DNA of 64,000 nucleotides, from NCBI RefSeq assembly GCF_910592395.1, contig NC_088308.1, positions 434,001 to 498,000 of the forward strand, written 5' to 3'. The translations under genes and the position numbers were made by a program. The notes under the pieces are model-generated. The model was not told the DNA's origin. It saw nothing but the letters and a program-made list of their open reading frames with translations, and searched no databases. Shown one piece after another: positions 39,211 through 53,600 of the stretch. Every line of letters starts with the position of its first letter. Position 1 is the stretch's first letter. The DNA comes from Lineus longissimus (taxonomy: Eukaryota).

Positions 39211-42200
39211 ATGCATCTGAGCTATTCTGATGTGGTGTACGTAAGGAAACCAACCATGGAGTCAATTAACGTAATCGTCAACAAATATAAAGGGATAGGT
39301 TTTTTACAGCCAAAGACTGCAGAATGTTACCCCCAACAAGACCAGAACGCGTGTGGACGAACAGTCGCTCCGACAAAATCTAGCCTATCCGACAACTCGA
39401 GGGAAGGACATCAGTACCAAGATAACCGCCGAAAGCCAACATATAGGGGCCTACATGACTCAATTCCAAGTGTAGAATTGCAGAGAATTAATATTAAGTA
39501 TTGTCAATATCATAAGTATTAAGAGCACTTTTATGTGCCTATTTAAGAGCCTATTATGTGAATTGCCTCGTTTTGCAGTGAAAACAAATATACTATAGGT
39601 TGAGTTATGTCGGTTCTATCTGGAATCTAACACGATCAGTAATAGGCCATCATCGGAAAATATCGCATCTAGTCAGCTGGATCTGACATCTCCATCCTGT
39701 TAAATAATTGAATAAATGGTAAGTAAATCAATTGGAGAGGTCAAATTTCATTCTGTGCTTTGCTGGAAAATCATCACGTAGCACTCACGTCAATGCGAGT
39801 GTATTTCGAATCAAAATCTGACTATTTTAATTTACTAATGTCCATAATCTATTCGGATTAACAGTTAGGCACTGTTAACAACTTTCTCATCGTTGCATTA
39901 TTAGTTCGTGAGGGTGTTGATCAGGGCGAAAAGATCTATCGACGTGATTGAATGATCGGTACTGAAGGTGTTTCAGGGGTTACACAGCACATACCAGCTC
40001 GTACCCTCATTTGTAGTACGACCACATACACATGATAGACTAAGTTCCAACACGTACACATTTTATCTCAAAGTCAATTGCAGTCGATGTCATTTGCTCC
40101 TAATAGGGACAACGAAATTACAGTCAATCACAGCTCCTCTTGAGCCCCCTTAAAGACTCTTATCGAAATTGGCAACTATCTCTCTGCATTACCAAGTGTT
40201 CAGAATCTTGTCTTCGTTCAATCAAATTAAGCAGCCGGCATGTGTCTTTATGGTCGTATCGTAGCTGGCAATTTCCCGCTTTACGTTAATGTACCGGTAC
40301 AATGCTTAACGATGTGGTTTAACTTGAATTGGACCTATAACCCCCTTCAGGACTGCAAAATCGCACTTTTTAAGCATGCGCTGCGCGCCTACCGGATCAG
40401 AACTTAGTAAGGCTACATACAACAGCGCACAGAAATAAATTTTGAGCGATTTCGCGGTCAGAAATTCAGTAAACATGTGATGAACAACGCTAAAAGTACC
40501 GCACTCCACTTCTAATTTGGCTTACGATGGTGATTCCTACATAACACGAATACTTTGGCAAAATTATTATTGGAGGCAGACGTGATTCTGGCGCGGTAGT
40601 TCACTAACCAGGTGTCTCGCTGATTGATGATATTCAGCAATATTTACCTGATCCCATTAAACAAACGAATCGTGTCTCCGCAATGTTCGCTCCAATGCAC
40701 TTGGAAGGGAGACTCCTGGAAGAATGCAATGTGTTCAGTTTAAATGACGTCATAAAGAGAACAGGTTGAATGAGAATATATTTTCAATCATCGCTATCTC
40801 AACTTCTGATACAATCCCAACAGCGTGACTGTAAGTTTAGTTCATGAAGAGAACTAGTGCCTGATTGCATGTGCAATGATTTCATCTCAGCTCGTAAATG
40901 CAAGATAAATCTTGCCATTAGATAATGATAAGAGAAGAAAAATAGAATGTGCTCGTCTCAAATACCTGTCACGTGTGGGTCAACGATTGGAGCCCGATGA
41001 TACGGACATATAGAATCATTAGCATGATCATAAACACACAGCATAAGGCATCCACGAGACTGCACCAGTCCTGTCCAACACGTAGAATATTAGCATACAA
41101 ATACTGACTTCTGACACACAGGAAATGTTTGCCGTTTATTGTGTCAGAACATCGCTGACTGGAAGTGATGCCCAGTTGCCAAAGCTTTATTCATTTGTAC
41201 GCCATCAAGATACAGTAAGCTGCAATGGAAAAGGACGACAATATCCAGCGCCATACATCGCGGGGATCAAAAGCACACTACTCCGTCAGAAAGCATGTCA
41301 TGGTTCGATGTACATACTAATATAGCATAGTGCATTATCATTCATCAATTCTGACTACGAATTTCAAGAGAAAGGCATATTTTTACTTTTTTTAAAAAAT
41401 ATCAAGAGCAAGACATGCTCCAGTATACAATACATCCTCACAATGGGAAGTCTGTGCACCTAATAACCGTAATGGAAGTCTGAGGACAGAATACCTTGGT
41501 GTATGCAAGACATGTTGATTTCATCACGGCATTGTCTGGACCAGAGGACATAGCTACTGGTATGTATGATATTTTAACCATTATATCCTAAATCGTTTTC
41601 AATCGAGGAGATGGAATTTTATGTTGTGACCTTCTCTGGAAATGCCCGACATAAACGTCATACATGTATAGTTCTGTTGACACGAAGGATTATGGAAGAA
41701 GACTGAAGTCTACGCCGGCGAACCCAGGAGAGCGGAAAAGGCCGAGGCTCCCTTACCCCTGATATCATTCTATGAGTTTGACCATATTCTTTTTGGTGAA
41801 CTGACAAGAAAAAACACAATTTAAAGCACCTTTCTTTCTCATTCTCCAATAGTCATTCAAGCTGTAGGGTAGAATATATCCGATCCGAACTATGCATAGC
41901 CTGCCATTTAGATTTACCACAATAGTTACCACTTATTTGCTCTCTCAGCTAAGCGCGTAAGGCATTTGAGGAATACTGCCATTGGCATTTGCACACCCCG
42001 TCCACTTCAGCTTGCTTATCGGTCAATTAATGGTTTGTGTCGTGAGGCCAGTTAGCAACTCAGTAAATCAGGACTGACAGTAATCCTTATCGATTCGTCA
42101 AAATATCATCATATCACCTGGATCACAAACATTATGATGCTGCTGTGGACTTTATCTCTTTATACTGATTTGTGAGGTGGTTTAGAGACGACGTCTCGAC

Positions 42201-44422
42201 ACTCTGCGGTAAGGGTAATATGGGTAATTAGCCGTGCGATATGCTTTTCTCTCATCAATATCAAAATACCCTTGGGCAGTATAAGCATTTGATAACTTGA
42301 AACTGGTTTTAAAATAGACAAATCTTGTGTGCAGATTATCTTCTGAAGAATCCATACTCCCCACATCAAAAAGAATGGCCGGGAGGACAGATTGCTATTA
42401 TTTCTTAGTATTTAAAGGCAGGCTCCCAAAGGCAATAGGGACAGACGTGTGGAGTTAATGAAAACGGCGCTTCAGACTCGACTTCAGCTTAGTCGATTTC
42501 GATTAAAACATTTTTTCAGTATTCTTTGCTCAGTTTACTAATGTCTGAGATGTGCGGTAGCAGCAGGTCGAAAATCCAGACGAGTCCCTTACAATATCTG
42601 AATGATGATCTGATTCAACTTTGTTTATATGCACACGTGTCCGTACATTACTACATTCTGTGTCTAAATGTCGTAGCGACACCAAATCGTTTGACATATT
42701 TTCAAAGCCGTAAAACTCTACCAAACACGATCTCCGTCACGCTACACCTGTTCTTGAAATATTTTCTGGTTCAAATCGGTCCGTCGTGACGCTCAGGTCT
42801 CTTGTGAAAATCCCACTGCACGATTTATCACCCAACCTCCCATTACGTGAACTACAATCTTTTATCGTTCACAGTTAAATAATGGGCATTCGCATGCTTC
42901 ACGTCTCACGTGAACTCTGGGGAGACCAAGAAACCCGCAGTGCGGCTTCAGGCTAGTTACGATCGATCGACCTTGGCGTGTTCTCTGTGGGCGATAACTG
43001 AATCCGTTCACGATATCTATCAAGGAAACAGATTAAAAATAGTGTTTATCGGATTCAAAGCTTTATGCAGATCTTCACGTTCTGAAAATCTGATTCCATC
43101 TGTCGATCCCATCGGTAAACTTGCATTGAACCTAGAAGTAGCTGCGGGGGCCCCGCGGAGAGAAGTCGATTAGCGTGCATTAAGTTCACCAGTGTACAAT
43201 GCAACAAAGACGAAGTGTTTTCCAGCTACTCTCTGGCCAGTTTCATTAATAACCTATAGACATTGCCCAATACAGTAGACACAGCTTTTACTGTGATGTT
43301 GTCCATAACTAGGACTGTACAACTATACTGCCATCGGTTATTTACCAAGATTCTTGAAAGTACATCCAGTGGCCATTTCATAACCGTCACGACTTGTAGT
43401 CTTCATCTCATCAACAGTCTGTCATGTCTGTGAATGTGACCAAAAAAACACCCAGCTTCACAATGTGTCAGTAATGATCTAGCATTGGCGTGCTTGGGTT
43501 GGTCGCAGCAGAATAGATGAGTTGACTCAGAAATATCGGGAAGCGTGTCTCTATTAATAAAACCTTAATATGCACTGTATTAACAACGTTAACAGAAATT
43601 TGGCAACGTTAACTTCAGGGAAGTGGTGTATTGATGTAATTCGAAAGTCATAATGAATCAATTGGGTGGTCTGATTTGTCTGCTCTGGAGCTGCATGGCA
43701 GTACACATTGGCTACGTCGAGGTTCTAAAATGCCAACTAGGTACGCCCTTGGTTCTCAGAATTTACATCCTCTTGCAACAAGACGATATCGCGTACAGAA
43801 TTAAAAACCTGACCTGCACATCTCCGAGAATACGCTCAATCTAGCTAATGGCTACGAAGCAATTCAAAGTGCGCTAATTTCTTTGTTCGATTGATCTATT
43901 AACCTTGGTATGCCATGTCAATTTGCAGCAACGAATATATCTCGAAATGATTATTCAGTTCAGAGTTCAACATCTTCACACTCGGGTCGAAAATTCGGTG
44001 ACAAAAAGAATCGATTCAGGTATCTTTCGAATAGTATATGAAGGTGCCACTCGGGCCCAACCTACCAATACTTAACGCAGAGGAATACGATGTTTAGACA
44101 ACTCATTGATCCTGGCAAAAAAACAAAAATAGACTGTCGCTAGTTTTCATTCCAATCGTTCATTGTTTTTCTTTCATTAGGCGAATGAAGAAAAAATGAA
44201 TAAAATAAAAAGGATCTTTTTTTCTTCTATATCGCCGAATCATACGAATACCCTAGTGGTGACCTACATGAATAGAGGCCCTCGTGCTTACCCGTCGATC
44301 AGTTAGGCTATGTGTTCAAAGTGTCAGGTCCATAGCGCCAGTTACGATATGACCAACTTTTTTTAAACGACGACAACAGACAGCGACAACGACAACGGAA
44401 GAGGACAACAGATGAGGAATCA

Positions 44423-44586
44423 GAGACGATGGACTCTGCACATCTGTATAGATTCACCGTGTCAGTGAGCAAATAGGAGACGATGGACTCTGCACTTCTG
44501 TATAGATTCACCGTGTCAGTGAGCAAATAGGAGACGATGGACTCTGCACATCTGTATAGATTCACCGTGTCAGTGAGCAAATAGGA
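44423..44586. repeat. 54-bp minisatellite, 3 copies
   Basis: GAGACGATGGACTCTGCACATCTGTATAGATTCACCGTGTCAGTGAGCAAATAG occurs three times, with one substitution. Confidence 0.95.
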
Positions 44587-44766
44587 ATGAAGCAGAGTAA
44601 ACGGCACAATAGAGAACATCGACATATTTTGGACAGAAATGTCTATAAAGATTGGCGATGGTGAAATGTTAACATCAATCTTGAGAGTATAAAACAAGGA
44701 TGACGTAATTTCGCAAACTTTATGATGATTAATTCATGTGGAAAGATATTGAAAACTTTATCTCAC

Positions 44767-45612
44767 CTTTCTCTTGTTTCTGTTGATAATCCTATCTCGA
44801 GAGTCAACAGCAAATCCGGGCGATTTCGAACCCCAGACGCGACATCCAACTCGAATATAAGCGCACAAGATAACAGAAAGAGGCAGAATATACTGTAAAA
44901 CTACTAAATAAATAGTGTACATTTTCCTGAAGACTTCGGGCCAAATATTATCGCAGAAATCCTTCATTCTGCCGGGGTGCATTTCATCTTGTATTAGAAT
45001 CACTTTATTAAAAAACAACGTCGGTAGCCCTGAAAGAATTGCAAACGTCCAAGTAATTGCAATGGCAATTTTTGCGATCTGTTTCGAGACTCTTGGTTTT
45101 AATGGGTGAATTACGGCAAAGTAACGATCTATGGCGAGTATCATGAGAGTGAAGATGCTAACGTTGACGGTCATAACTTGGACGAAAGGTGCCAAAGGGC
45201 ACATGAAGGCAGCTAGGACCCAACGCTGTAGGATGGCAGCGTGGAATTGAAATGGTATTGAAAATAAACCAATCAGCACATCAGCGAATGCCATATTCAC
45301 AATAAATATATTCGTCACTGTCTGCATTTTTCTATTTTTCCCCACTACGTAGATAACGGCCCCATTGCCTATGATAGCCAAAAGTGATATTGACCCGTAA
45401 AGAGCTGCTAAAAGCACGATTACCCCCGTATGCACGTGATATAAATTCAGCAGATCATCATGAATTGATGCTGTCGTATTTTCACTCCTATCATCTATAT
45501 CCATTGTTTCATTCGGCCAAAACGTCGTATTCCATGGCTCCATTGTTGCGTCATCCCGCTGCGACGTCAGCCAAAACAAAGATGGCGTCGTCCCAAAGTC
45601 GGTGTCATCCAT
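44767..45612 (-). CDS. Lkr: Leucokinin/lymnokinin-type neuropeptide receptor (class A GPCR), first coding exon, N-terminus through TM5 and ICL3 (282 codons)
   Basis: TM1 GN, MQTVTNIFIVNMAFAD, the kinin-receptor-like PFQFHAAILQRW, DRY, TM5 YILP, and N-glycosylation sequons NTT/NET/NTT. The start aaaATGG at 45612 has an in-frame stop upstream. The acceptor tttcag puts the exon start at 45653. A phase-0 donor AAG|gtgaga follows NKRK. Confidence 0.92.
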
Positions 45613-47219
45613 TTTGAAATAGAGAATCCACTGCTTCACCGCCCGAGCTTAATCTGAAATAAGAAAAAAGGAAAATCTTAGGCTTGCTTATGCACTAATC
45701 AGCATTGCCTTCAAAGTGAAAGGTGCTTGACACTTGGGTTGAAATGTGAACAAGGAAACAGTTTCCTATGCCTACCCAACACCGTGGCATATTATCATCA
45801 AATTAAAGTGATTGCAATGGATACGGCTTTTAATGTCCTTGAAGTCTCACTTTTTTTGCTTCATTCAAAACAAACCTTTACGAGTTCGGCTGAGATGTGA
45901 ACAACCACTATCTATGAAGGTCCACTTCCCCTTCTTAGTGCACAATTTGTCGTAGTAAACTGTAATTTGTGCTTCATTTCCGAACATAGCGACAATACAC
46001 CGAACTTGAGAATGGTTTTGATTTCATCATTTTTAAATTTGGCACTTGGTAAGAGGCAAAAAATCTAATAAATGCTGAAGTCCATCTAAATGTCCATCTA
46101 AAAAACAGCCGACCTTCCATGTTCCCAATCATATCACCGCACCTGTTCGCACAAGAACTAATATACCAGAGATATTGGACGGATTCTTTTTTCAGAAGCA
46201 TGCGCCGATTACTTTCTCCTGCTAATAAGCCTACAGGGACTTAGAAGCCACGTGACCGCGCTCTAAGAATACTGATACTTATATATATTAACTGATGGTA
46301 TCGTTAACTAACACTTCCAGAGCGAGCTGGGAATGTACAGAACTATGTAGTGCTAAGAAAAATGTGACGGAAGATGATTAAATTAACCCATGTAAGCTGA
46401 AAACTCTATCTCCCATAAGATTCTGTTTGCGGAACACTATCTTGATTACCAAAACAGATAAAGTGTCTCGATACCGGTAATCAAAAGGATGATTTTTTTA
46501 TATCGCGGTTGAGAGCGTAAACTAGCGCCTGGCAGACTAGGAAACATGGGTGGAACAATCATAACGTTTTTTTAGAATCCTTGTTTAAAATGAGCGGTGC
46601 CAAGGAGTGCTGGCTCGGCAGCACTGTGATCTTAATAACCTAGTTAAAGGGTTGATCACCATTTTGGCTAGAACTTCAAATCCCAAAGCAATTACACGTT
46701 CAAAACGAAGTCAATGCCCATCACTTGTCTGAAATCACTGCCGACTTTGCTTAACAAAATGGGGTTTGGCAAAAACAAGTGAACAGAATCAAGATATCTT
46801 AATATCATTTTCCTTCTAGAAAGATTCTCCATCTGCTGGCACTACTGATTTTAGTCTCTTTCAGGTGGAATAATGATGTTAATCAGACTGCCTTCCCCTA
46901 ACTAATGGATTGATAGACAAGCTCAGCCAGGGTTTTGCTGACGATGCATTAATGGCTCATCAATAGAGCTGAGTGAAATGTATTCCTGTCCCTGATCGTG
47001 GATAAAAGCCAGTCTTCCTTCTCTGCTATTGTTGATTACGGCTAGCTAAGCCATCAGCGTATCGGATTGCCAGAAGAAAGTATACATTCTCTAAGTCTGA
47101 CGTACGTTTAAAGATAGAAGAAAGAAAATCACCACCACGGCTTCAAGGGATTCTAACTTGAACCCAAGTTTTTTAGTATCCACTTTACATGATATCTGTT
47201 CATTTAAAACCTAAGCTGA

Positions 47220-47476
47220 CATTCATAATGACATAATGATTAAAGCTTATTACCAATAACTGTCCGGTAATAGGTAGTGTGCTGACCCCAAGTCACGCGA
47301 CCGATCAAGTTGGTCCGAAAGAGGTGTTAGCTAAAGAATATATGGAAAACCAAGTAACTATCAGACACTGGTGATATCGGAGGCGACATTGGCCAATACC
47401 ACGGTGGCATTCATAACGATTGTCTAGCTTAGAACCAATAACTGTCCAGTAATAGATAGTGTTCTGACCCTAAGTC
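47220..47476. repeat. Imperfect ~70-bp direct repeat pair (about 47220-47294 and 47408-47476)
   Basis: Shared core ACCAATAACTGTCCrGTAATAGrTAGTGTkCTGACCCyAAGTC. Confidence 0.75.
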
Positions 47477-50400
47477 CCCCGAAATCGATCTCGTTTCGGT
47501 TTATGACAAAGGTTAATGTAGATTGGATGTGCTGAATGTATCTATACTTCATGTGAATGCAATATTGTGGTCTTGCTTCCAAATGAGGACTCACAAAATG
47601 ACAAAATGACAAAGTGACCAAGATGTAGCAGATGGCCAAATTCTAGAGACGAAGGATGCGCATTGCTGTTGCCAAAGTGGTGCCGTGCAGCGTAGCCTGG
47701 TCAATGGACTCGTCTTGCCTGCAATATAACGGCTACCCCATCAACCACCAGGGAATCTAATGTTAATGTTCAAAAGAAATGCACAGATATGCCTGGAATT
47801 GGTATATCTAATGAACGCGATAGGAAGAGCGCGACAGCGGGGCAGTGAGCCACAGCATGTTTAAACTCAAGAAGACCCTCCTGGATAATATCTTCTATTG
47901 ACCATGGAGAGTAGCCATTTTATCATGTGTTATTTTACTGCACTGATAATTGATTGGAAAATTTAACAGTATAACATAACAGGAAGAGAACTGATGAGTG
48001 AAATACAGTTTAGATAAAGTGATGGTATGCTCATTTCACCCCATTCAGACATCTCAGCTGCATGTATCAGTCAGAAAATCGAGGTAAGCCTTTTCCTGGA
48101 GGAAAGACAAAACTACCTACACAGGCCCAAACATAATTGTTGCCATTTAAATATTTGTCCTTGCAAATATGATGGTAGAGAATAAATCAAAAATCGCTTC
48201 ACCTTGAGCTTAATAAGTATCGGTCTGTCGATTACCAACGCGCTATTGCCAACTTGTTAATAACATCCTGGGTGTGACCAAACCAGTTGTTGTGTCCCAA
48301 AATTACCACAAGTGTTGGACGCGCACGGATATTACTTCGTGATTGTATACTGTGAATAATGAGAGTTTGAATCCACCTGATGATCTATCATGTACCAGAG
48401 ATAACAGGGGTTGAGACGGACGAGTGATTAATGACCTGATCCGAAATCGCTCAGCGATCTTGCGCTTTGTTCGCATGTCAAGCTTGGTTTACCTTTAGAA
48501 CCCATCCATTAGAGTTTTAATCAACCGAAAGAGGCTGCGAGGATGATATCCAGATTATTGTTCCCCGTACTATCACATGTCATGCCGAAGTATCTTGGGG
48601 TTTTGCGGTTCGTGGTCAATGCCACGGAGATCGATTGCTGCTGAACAGCAAAGGACTGTGTGGTCAGCTCAGCCAGAGAGTTGCTAAAACTGTTAAATCA
48701 ATGATGTTGAAACAGTTAAGATCGAGCAAAGTTTTGCAGCCGTGAACGCTAACGGGCCACTAAAGGTCGTTGAGTCTTTATTCCCATGTTCCGCTGGCCG
48801 ATAATCAAGGGCTCTTAAATTCTGTTAAAATGTATCAACCGAGTTTGTAGTTTCAAGACATCAGAACTCATCCACGCATTGAAAAGAAAATTTGTCCATC
48901 CTTGACTCCTTTATGTTGGCAAAGAAATACTAGGGTAAGTTGACCGATACGTCTCTCGATCCACGGTAACATCGAGTCCACAGTACCCATTACAGAGATG
49001 TGAACATGAAAGGAAGACATTCTCCCTGGAGAAACTACTGATTGCTATACCCATCTAGTACAAATGTCGGCAGGTACAAATTTAAGATATTGGTGAATAC
49101 GTCTTCACAAGCAAACCTGTGCAGTTTCGCACTAATGGGTAGCATGATGTGACATTATGGTAGTTTGCGAGAAAAACCACCGAAATCGATGCTGATGGAA
49201 AGTGTTTGTTAGGTCTGCTGTCACAATATCAAGAGTCCTATCTATGCTTTTATCGTCTAAAAGTAACACGTTTAGCAGGAAGGCGCATTTAGTGGCATTA
49301 AGAAAATGACTTTTTTTCTCAATCTATCTTTGTTCCTAAAACATTTTTTAATACTGAAAGTTCCACACATAACGTTTTAATCAGCATTCCAAAGTATTAC
49401 ACTGTGCGCAGTATGGTCACATGAAATTAGTCTGCTAGGCTCTTCCTTAAAACGGTCGTCTGAGCACATCTTTGACAAGGCATGATGTTCTGCTGACTAA
49501 GTGCTGTAGAATGTAGCTGTTCCCTACACGGATGTATTGGTGACTACAGCCCGTACAACAACGGTAACACTTATTACAATGCTAGGACTATATGAGGACA
49601 CAAATGTACAACGACTCGAGGTTAGAGGGAGTCGCCTTTTTTCATGGAGGAGGTGAACCAACCTAATGAAAGCTGCCTTATGACAGCTATTCGCTGCCTT
49701 TCCCACGCACGCAGAGGTGCCCTCACATTGCCTGATAGGGCACTGAACCCGCCTCAGAAATGGTGGTGATGATAATGCCATTCCCATCTACTGGGCCACT
49801 GAATTCATCTCAGCATGATTTGTGTTTGCTTTCGATGATAGAGTAAGGTCATACACACACTTGTCCCTGAACTTTGTAGAAACTCGCCTGACTGTATGAC
49901 CTTCCACTAATTATCTCAGATCACTCGATGTGGCCAATATCGCACTGTTTGAAAACCAACAGATAAAACAACACGCCGTTGTCCTTTATGAGCGTGTGCT
50001 ATTAGTATTGGAGGGATAGCCCCGAAGATCATTAGGTTGCCGGATATCGTTTTGCTATCTCGCTTTGTTGTGAAGGTCACAGGGACAATCTTTGCAATAT
50101 CTGTCGATCAAAAATCACATCTTGTGTCAATTATGACTCCAAACGAGCCTCGCATACTGATGATATATTAAGGCGCAAATAGATGGACCACGTGAGGGAT
50201 AATATCTGCCTGATCGCCCGGTGCCTGCATTTCGAAGCAAATATTGCCTCTTCCAGCCCTTTCCAGTAGATTGATGTCCAATCGCTGACCGCACAAGGTG
50301 TCCTGTCTTTTGTTGTTGATATTGTTTCATTCATGGAAAGGCATTCCAACAGAAGCAAGCTGCCAAGTTCGACCCCATATCTACTAGACACCCACAAGGC

Positions 50401-50624
50401 TCTACTACTATCGCAATCATTAAAGTAACTTTTCTTCCTGCCTAGTGTGCGGGATAATTTAATGAAGAGCTACAGGTTAATCAGGTGTAAATGTATCAAT
50501 GAGATGGTGGCTAATTTCATTAAGTATTGTAATCACCTTCTGATATTGAGTTGAAGCGCTGTGGAATCATTGGCAAAGACGCTCAGGGCCTTTGGAATGA
50601 ATAAGATATGCATAATAACAATTA

Positions 50625-53600
50625 TACCTCAGTGATATAAAATATTATCTTTGCAGTTGATTTAACGTTTGAATGATCTTTTTTCAAAAGTTTTTCATAA
50701 TCGAGGTCAGCAGGGTCACACAATCATTTATTGTTTTGAAAGACTCCGGCAGGGTCAAAAGAAACAGTTGTTGGCGCCGATGATGTCAGCAATATGGCGA
50801 ATTTCCGCCCCACCCGTGAGATTTGCCCTCGTCACGTCATGAGCACATTGAACTGCTAGTGAACCGTGCTCAATATGTACCGGCTACCGCTCTCTCCATC
50901 ATCATCAACGACGATATATGTCGGTGCCGGCCGTGCGAGGTCGTTCAATGAAAAAGACGCACGCCACTGCCGTACCCGTACCTGAGAAAACTTGCCGTTT
51001 TAGGCAGATTTGCGATGATTGAAACAATACATCTACCTCATAATTCATGTACTCGAACGCCCGGAATCAGTATGTGCTGGAGTTTGAAAAGTTTGGGTGC
51101 GGGGTATGATAATGATGATAATGAAAATGTTTACATCTGTACATGGATGATTAGATAGCAAGACAAGGAAGAAGAAAAAAAGAAAATTTTTTTTTGGCAG
51201 ATTCACCGTGGGTCGAACCCGTGACCAGCCGATCCACAGTCAAACACCTTCAGCGCTGAACCGTCAAGGCTTTCATGTTGAAATGAAGATTTTATTTGCC
51301 TCTTATATGCGGTATGCAAACGAGCGCGCCACAATAGTGACAAGGTCGCGCAGGTGGCAAAGTGATTAGCCGAAATAGTTCCAAGTAATCCTATATTTCG
51401 ATAGTTGTACAGATTTTTCTCAACATATCGTATGTATATACCTCAGTGATATAAAATATTATCTTTGCAGTTGATTTAACGTTTGAATGACCTTTTTTAA
51501 AAAGTTTTTCAAAATCGAGGTCAGCAGGGTCAGACACAATCATTTATTGTTTTGAAAGACTACGGCAGGGTCAAAAGAAACAGTTGTTGGCGCCGATGAT
51601 GTCAGCAATATGGCGAATTTCCGCCCCACCCGTGAGATTTGCTCTCGTCACGTCATGAGCACATTGAACTGCTGGTGAACCGTGCTCAATATGTACCGGC
51701 TACCGCTCTCTCCATCATCATCAACGACGATATATGTCGGTGCCGGCCGTGCGAGGTCGTTTCAATGAAAAAGACGCACGCCACTGTCGTACCCGTACCT
51801 GAGAAAACTTGCCGTTTTAGGCAGATTTGCGATGATTGAAACAATTCATCTACCTCATAATTCATGTACTCGAACGCCCGGAATCAGTATGTGCTGGAGT
51901 TTGAAAAGTTTGGGTGCGGGGTATGATAATGATGATAATGAAAATGTTTACATCTGTACATGGATGATTAGATAGCAAGACAAGGAAGAAGAAAAAAAGA
52001 AAAATTTTTTTTGGCAGATTCACCGGGGGTCGAACCCGTGACCAGCCGATCCAAAGTCAAACACCTTCAGCGCTGAACCGTCAAGGCTTTCATGTTGAAA
52101 GGAAATTTTATTTGCCTCTTATATGCGGTATGCAAACGAGCGCGCCACAATAGTGACAAGGTCGCGCAGGTGGCAAAGTGATTAGCCGAAATTGTTCCAA
52201 GTAATCCTATATTTCGATAGTTGTACAGATTTTTCTCAACATATCGTATGTATATACCTCAGTGATATAAAATATTATCTTTGCAGTTGATTTAACGTTT
52301 GAATGACCTTTTTTAAAAAGTTTTTCAAAATCGAGGTCAGCAGGGTCAGACACAATCATTTATTGTTTTGAAAGACTCCGGCAGGGTCAAAAGAAACAGT
52401 TGTTGGCGCCGATGATGTCAGCAATATGGCGAATTTCCGCCCCACCCGTGAGATTTGCTCTCGTCACGTCATGAGCACATTGAACTGCTAATGAACCGTG
52501 CTCAATATGTACCGGCTACCGCTCTCTCCATCATCATCAACTACGATATATGTCGGTGCCGGCCGTGCGAGGTCGTTTCAATGAAAAAGACGCACGCCAC
52601 TGCCGTACCCGTACCTGAGAAAACTTGCCGTAGGCAGATTTGCGATGATTGAAACAATACATCTACCTCATAATTCATGTACTCGAACGCCCGGAATCAG
52701 TATGTGCTGGAGTTTGAAAAGTTTGGGTGCGGGGTATGATAATGATGATAATGAAAATGTTTACATCTGTACATGGATGATTAGATAGCAAGACAAGGAA
52801 GAAGAAAAAAAAGGAAAAAAAAATTCGGCAGATTCACCGGGGGTCGAACCCGTGACCAGCCGATCCAAAGTCAAACACCTTCAGCGCTGAACCGTCAAGG
52901 CTTTCATGTTGTAATGAAGATTTTATTTGCCTCTTATATGCGGTATGCAAACGAGCGCGCCACACTAGTGACAAGGTCGCGCAGGTGGCAAAGTGATTAG
53001 CCGAAATAGTTCCAAGTAATCCTATATTTCGATAGTTGCACAGATTTTTCTCAACATATCGTATGTATATACCTCAGTGATATAAAATATTATCTTTGCA
53101 GTTGATTTAACGTTTGAGTGACCTTTTTTAAAAAGTTTTTCAAAATCGAGGTCAGCAGGGTCAGACACAATCATTTATTGTTTTGAAAGACTCCGGCAGG
53201 GTCAAAAGAAACAGTTGTTGGCGCCGATGATGTCAGCAATATGGCGAATTTCCGCCCCACCCGTGAGATTTGCTCTCGTCACGTCATGAGCACATTGAAC
53301 TGCTAATGAACCGTGCTCAATATGTAGCGGCTACCGCTCTCTCCATCATCATCAACTACAATATATGTCGGTGCCGGCCGTGCGAGGTCGTTTCAATGAA
53401 AAAGACGCACGCCACTGCCGTACCCGTACCTGAGAAAACTTGCCGTTTCAGGCAGATTTGCGATGATTGAAACAATACATCTACCTCATAATTCATGTAC
53501 TCGAACGCCCGGAATCAGTATGTGCTGGAGTTTGAAAAGTTTGGATGCGGGGTATGATAATGATGATAATGAAAATGTTTACATCTGTACATGGATGATT

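Noticed and set aside
42182..42364. Short ORF MDSSEDNL..YPYYPYRRVSRRRL and similar 60-130-aa ORFs elsewhere (6293, 11103, 18214, 19078, 33529)
   Set aside because: No recognisable homology, signal peptide or consistent splice structure; lengths are compatible with chance.
44308..44697. 129-aa ORF as a continuation of the GPCR
   Set aside because: It stays open because of the 54-bp minisatellite and has no TM6 or TM7 motifs.
45613..45639. N-terminal extension MKQWILYFK and terminal VR* of the ORF-track GPCR
   Set aside because: The extension begins at GTG, while the first ATG in good context is 45612. The final VR* is read-through into the intron.
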